Shown here one piece after another: positions 23,854-27,879 of a stretch of DNA of 27,879 nt. Where the stretch lies: the IMG/VR virus record IMGVR_UViG_3300042376_001667, one strand, 5' to 3'. Every line of letters starts with the position of its first letter. The first letter of the stretch is position 1. Both the position numbers and the translations under genes were made by a program. The stretch comes from an uncultured virus (IMG/VR IMGVR_UViG_3300042376_001667). Its lineage: Duplodnaviria > Heunggongvirae > Uroviricota > Caudoviricetes. Under the pieces are notes generated by a model. That model was given only the letters and a program-made list of their open reading frames with translations, was not told the DNA's origin and ran no database searches.

Positions 23854-25453
23854 AGACTGTAGCTCAAGTGATGCAAGACAGCTTTATGAGAACGGGACTT
23901 CTTTTTGTTTCTCATGCGAAGGTTGGTTTCCTAAACAAGATAACGAGGAACTAGAAGTGCCAGAAGTTAGAAAAGCACCAGATTTCTTTAAAAAATTAAT
24001 GGGTATTGAAGAAATCCAAGAGCTGCCAATAAGAGGCTTTAAAGAAAGAGGGATTACAAAACAAGTTTGTGAATTCTTTGATGTTAGAGTCTCTTATGGA
24101 GAAAACGGAGAGATTGATGCCCATTATTATCCATATGATGATGGCAAAGCTTATAAGATTAGAAAATTACCTAAGGACTTTACTTGGACAGGTAAATCCT
24201 CGAATTTATTTGGCCAGACTAAATTTAATGGTGCAGGTAAACGGCTTATTATCACTGAGGGTGAAATCGATGCTTTATCGGTTGCACAGGCATCTTACGA
24301 TAAGTATAAGAAAGTCTATCCAGTAGTTGCAATGTCATCTGCTACGATGACAAAGGCATTACTAGAGAATAGAGATTGGATTAGGTCTTTTAATGAAATT
24401 GTACTTTGTTTAGATAACGACGATGCTGGAAAGAAAGCTACTGAAGAAGCTATTAAGATAATTGGTATTGATAAGGCTAAGCTAGTAAAGCTACCTTGTA
24501 AAGATGCTAATGAAGTTTTAACAAAGTTTGACAGCAATCGTTTGATGCAATGCATCTTTGATGCTGCACCATATGTGCCAGCAGGTATTATTGGTAAAGA
24601 AGAACTTTGGGAAGCGCTTCAAAATTATAATAATGCACCTTCAGTACCGTATCCGCCGTGTTTAGCTGGTGTTAACACTAAGTTAAAAGGCATGCGTGGT
24701 GGAGAGATAACTCTGTTTATATCGGGTACAGGTAGCGGCAAGTCTACAATACTTAGAGAGATAATGCTTGATATCTTATTTAACACAGAAGATAAAATAG
24801 GCATTGTAAGCCTCGAGGAATCTCCTGCTGAAACAGCTAGAAAACTAGCAGGAATGGCTATCAACTTAAATCCAGCAAAAGAAGAAATTCCTTTAAATAA
24901 ATTGAAAATTGGATTTGACTCTGTCTTTGCGTCGGATAGAGTTGTATTGCTAGATCATCAAGGTTCAATAAATGACAACAGTATTGTAGATCAGCTTGAA
25001 TACATGTGTCTTGTAGGGTGTAAATATTTATTTATAGATCATATCACTATTCTTGTTTCAGAGGGTGTTGAGAATCTAACAGGCAATGAAGCTCAAGACA
25101 AAGTAATGAATGACTTGCTGAGACTTGTTAAAAGACATCCGCAAACTTGGATCGGTTTAGTTTCTCATTTAAGAAAAGCTCCAAATAATAAGGGTTCTTT
25201 TGAAGAAGGTAGATTACCTTCTATTGATGATATCCGGGGCTCAGGCTCTATCAAACAAATTTCCTTTGATATTATTTCTTTTGCAAGAAATCTAACAGCA
25301 GACAGCGAAGTTGAAAGAAATACAATTAAAATGAGAATTCTTAAATCACGCTACACAGGTCTTACAGGTGACGTTAAGGGTGCTCATTATGTATACGATA
25401 CTGGAAGGTTAGTAGCTTCTACAGCTGACGTAGAAGAATTTGTAACGATTTAA
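23813..25453 (+). CDS. Primase-helicase (T7 gp4-like)
   Basis: N-terminal Zn finger (C....C...FCFSC), TOPRIM (ITEGEIDA, LDNDDAG, KDANE), Walker A SGTGSGKS, FIDHIT, LVSHLRK, DIRGSGSIKQ and KSRYTG. Confidence 0.95.
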   Translation: MGKIVKKNLKCLSKDCSSSDARQLYENGTSFCFSCEGWFPKQDNEELEVPEVRKAPDFFKKLMGIEEIQELPIRGFKERGITKQVCEFFDVRVSYGENGEIDAHYYPYDDGKAYKIRKLPKDFTWTGKSSNLFGQTKFNGAGKRLIITEGEIDALSVAQASYDKYKKVYPVVAMSSATMTKALLENRDWIRSFNEIVLCLDNDDAGKKATEEAIKIIGIDKAKLVKLPCKDANEVLTKFDSNRLMQCIFDAAPYVPAGIIGKEELWEALQNYNNAPSVPYPPCLAGVNTKLKGMRGGEITLFISGTGSGKSTILREIMLDILFNTEDKIGIVSLEESPAETARKLAGMAINLNPAKEEIPLNKLKIGFDSVFASDRVVLLDHQGSINDNSIVDQLEYMCLVGCKYLFIDHITILVSEGVENLTGNEAQDKVMNDLLRLVKRHPQTWIGLVSHLRKAPNNKGSFEEGRLPSIDDIRGSGSIKQISFDIISFARNLTADSEVERNTIKMRILKSRYTGLTGDVKGAHYVYDTGRLVASTADVEEFVTI

Positions 25454-25465
25454 ACAGGAATTTGA

Positions 25466-27370
25466 ATGACTGAGATACAAACGCCCTGGTCCACTGTGGG
25501 CTATCTGACATATAAAAGAACATATGCAAGGCCTTTAGAAGGTACGTCTGCAACAGAGGAGTTTGCAGACACTGTTGAGCGTATTATTGCAGCTTGTAAA
25601 ACTCAACTTAATGTTGGTTTTACAGAAGATGAAGAAGCACGTTTGAGAGAATATTTCTTAAAGCTCAAATGTTCTGTCGCTGGAAGATTCTTATGGCAGT
25701 TGGGTACAAAAACAGTAGACAGGTTAGGTTTAGCAAGTCTTCAGAATTGTGCGTTTACTGTTGTAGACAATCCTGTTAGACCGTTTTGTTGGGCAATGGA
25801 CATGCTTGCGTTGGGTTCTGGTGTAGGCTATAACATTCAAAGACAACATGTGAATAAACTTCCGGTTGTTCGTGAATGGTTTACAGCGCCTACAAGAGTA
25901 GACCATGGCGGTGCTGACTTTATTATTCCCGACTCTCGTGAAGGTTGGGTGCAGTTTCTTGGTAAGACTCTTAAAGCTGCATTCTTGTCTGAGCGAAAAG
26001 AAAAAGGAACCTTCACATATTCTACTCAAGCTATTCGCGGTAAGGGTGCACCTATCAAAGGCTTTGGCGGTGTCGCATCTGGACCTGAAGATTTGTGCTG
26101 GGGTATTGGAAAGATTTCTGAAATTCTTCAAAAGAGACATGGAAAGAAAATTCGTCCGATCGACGCATTAGATATCATGAATATTATCGGTCACATTATT
26201 GTGGCAGGTAATGTTAGACGCTCTGCGCAAATTGCTCTGGGCGACCCTGATGATGTCGAATATTTGCTTGCAAAGCGTTGGGACATGGGTAGCATTCCTT
26301 CATGGCGTGCAATGTCTAATAATAGCGTTGTGTGTGAGAATATTGAAGATTTGCATGATTACTTCTGGGATGGCTACGAAGGTAAAGGCGAGCCCTATGG
26401 CCTTATTAATCTCGCTTTATCTCGCAAAGTCGGAAGACTTGGTGAGGATCAATATCCCGATCCTGAAGTTATGGGCTACAACCCATGCGCTGAGCAATCT
26501 CTTGCACCATATGAAACATGCTGTCTCGCTGAGGTTTTCTTGCCTAATGTTGAAAGTAAGGAAGAATTCTTAGATATTCTTGAACTACTGTATCGCATCA
26601 ATAAACACTCTCTTACATTACCTTCACATAATCATGAAACCGAGCGCATTGTCCACAAGAATATGCGTATGGGTATTGGCTTAACAGGTATTCTTCAAGC
26701 TTCTGAAGAGCAAAATTCTTGGATGAACGAAGGCTATGAGTATTTGAGAGACTTCGATGAGCGCTACTCTGAGCTCAAGGATTTCAACATTTCAATCAAG
26801 CTTACAACAGTCAAACCTTCTGGAACTTTGTCGCTACTTCCTGGTGTGACTCCTGGAATTCATCCTGCGTATGCACAGTATATGTATCGCAGAATTAGAA
26901 TTGCAGCTGGTCATCCATTAGTAGAAACATGCAGACTTGCTGGATATCCTATTGAGTATGTTAAGAACTTTGATGGCTCTGAAGACTATAATACAGTCGT
27001 CGTAACTTTCCCGTTCTCATACCCAGAAGGTACTAAGCTGGCTAACGAAATGACAGCGTTAGATCAGCTTAACGAAATCAAGCGTTTGCAAACAAATTGG
27101 TCTGATAACAGTGTGTCTTGTACGATTTATTATCGTAAAGAAGAGATCCCTCAAATCAAAGAATATTTGAAGGACAACTATAAAAACAATCATAAGAGTC
27201 TTTCTTTCTTACTTCATTCTGAGCATGGCTTTGCACAAGCACCGTATCAAGAAATTACAAAGGAACAATATGACGACCTTGTGGCAAAAACTAGGGTTAT
27301 CTCCAGCCTCAACAGTGCCGAATTCGAAAGCAGTGACGAATGCGCCTCAGGAGCTTGTCCAATCCGATAA
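25466..27370 (+). CDS. nrdJ: Class II (adenosylcobalamin-dependent) ribonucleotide reductase
   Basis: YKRTYAR, LQNCAF, GNVRRSA, NPCAEQ, TTVKPSGT and a C-terminal CASGACPIR redox pair. Confidence 0.9.
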   Translation: MTEIQTPWSTVGYLTYKRTYARPLEGTSATEEFADTVERIIAACKTQLNVGFTEDEEARLREYFLKLKCSVAGRFLWQLGTKTVDRLGLASLQNCAFTVVDNPVRPFCWAMDMLALGSGVGYNIQRQHVNKLPVVREWFTAPTRVDHGGADFIIPDSREGWVQFLGKTLKAAFLSERKEKGTFTYSTQAIRGKGAPIKGFGGVASGPEDLCWGIGKISEILQKRHGKKIRPIDALDIMNIIGHIIVAGNVRRSAQIALGDPDDVEYLLAKRWDMGSIPSWRAMSNNSVVCENIEDLHDYFWDGYEGKGEPYGLINLALSRKVGRLGEDQYPDPEVMGYNPCAEQSLAPYETCCLAEVFLPNVESKEEFLDILELLYRINKHSLTLPSHNHETERIVHKNMRMGIGLTGILQASEEQNSWMNEGYEYLRDFDERYSELKDFNISIKLTTVKPSGTLSLLPGVTPGIHPAYAQYMYRRIRIAAGHPLVETCRLAGYPIEYVKNFDGSEDYNTVVVTFPFSYPEGTKLANEMTALDQLNEIKRLQTNWSDNSVSCTIYYRKEEIPQIKEYLKDNYKNNHKSLSFLLHSEHGFAQAPYQEITKEQYDDLVAKTRVISSLNSAEFESSDECASGACPIR

Positions 27371-27593
27371 GAAAGCCGAATTGATTTTAGAAGATGGTCG
27401 ATTTGCAACTATTTATAAAGTCAAACTAGGTCATATACTAAGAGCACAAGATTCTGATCCTATGCATTTTTCTGTAAAACTTATTGCACAGTGTGTAAGG
27501 GTCGATGATAAGCCATTAGGATTCGAAGAAATTGTGAATTTTGACTTGCAGGATTATCATAAGATCATGCATCATCTAGCAACAAATAAATAA
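27333..27593 (+). CDS. Hypothetical protein (weak resemblance to tail assembly chaperones)
   Basis: ORF spans the gap between the RNR and the terminator. Start is uncertain. Confidence 0.45.
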   Translation: MTNAPQELVQSDKKAELILEDGRFATIYKVKLGHILRAQDSDPMHFSVKLIAQCVRVDDKPLGFEEIVNFDLQDYHKIMHHLATNK

Positions 27594-27600
27594 CTAAAAT

Positions 27601-27623
27601 GGGTAGCAACATCGCTACCCTTT
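27601..27623 (+). terminator. Probable terminator
   Basis: GGGTAGC-AACATC-GCTACCC-TTT. Confidence 0.55.
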
Positions 27624-27638
27624 AAAATTGAAAGCATT

Positions 27639-27848
27639 ATGAAAACAGAAGACGAAAAAAGCTTTTATATGGTATATGTAGCAGGCCGAAACGGACCTGG
27701 AAAATCACACGATACTCATGTGGAAGCTCACGCCGAAGCTAGACGATTGAGTGGGTTACATTTGAATCAAAGAGTCTATATTCTAAAAGCATTAGAGTAT
27801 TTAATTAGCGAAATTCCACTACCAACCCGAGTAGGCTTAAAGGATTAA
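27639..27848 (+). CDS. Hypothetical protein
   Basis: FYMVYV.G...P...H.T...A.AEA.RL pattern. The next ATG follows at 27849 (truncated by the window end). Confidence 0.65.
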   Translation: MKTEDEKSFYMVYVAGRNGPGKSHDTHVEAHAEARRLSGLHLNQRVYILKALEYLISEIPLPTRVGLKD

Positions 27849-27879
27849 ATGGATAGACTAGCTACAGTATCAGAGGCAA

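Noticed and set aside
909..26140. All minus-strand ORFs in the track
   Set aside because: They overlap well-supported + strand genes, lack recognisable motifs, and look like antisense shadows.
17692..26260. Other CTGATGA occurrences (~17692, 19712, 22702, 26248)
   Set aside because: They lie inside conserved genes without the stem II-GAAA-stem III arrangement.
6815..26573. Alternative-frame + strand ORFs (6815, 8248, 11040, 22324, 24069, 25905, 26199)
   Set aside because: Nested within confident genes and without motifs.
1..27879. tRNA genes, integrase or transposase
   Set aside because: No cloverleaf or recombinase/transposase motifs were seen.

Overview
Fragment of an AT-rich lytic dsDNA phage genome, with every credible gene on the + strand. 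From 5' to 3': (1) end of a tail module, with a large 5'-truncated J-like tail tip protein, two small tip accessory proteins, a DUF4376-like protein and a GNAT-like protein; (2) holin, M15-type endolysin and a small HNH gene; (3) an accessory/early region (~7.7-14.2 kb) of small genes punctuated by repeated and structured non-coding elements; (4) a T7-like single-subunit RNA polymerase; (5) a T7-like replication and nucleotide module with SSB, family A DNA polymerase, a frameshifted MazG-like gene, a pyrimidine-dimer glycosylase-like gene, 5'-3' exonuclease, GIY-YIG-like nuclease, primase-helicase and class II RNR. The most notable signals are in the RNA layer of the early region: a complete type I hammerhead ribozyme (7962-8025), a ~330-nt densely structured non-coding segment with a long-range helix and complementary loops (12590-12920), a three-copy pseudoknot with compensatory changes, a three-copy promoter-like motif, and direct repeats that bracket single genes, including a nucleotidyltransferase next to a cyclic-phosphate-processing receiver gene. 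The DNA polymerase also appears to carry a paired steric-gate Glu>Gln and O-helix Tyr>Phe substitution. All calls come from reading the sequence by eye; no searches or folding programs were run.
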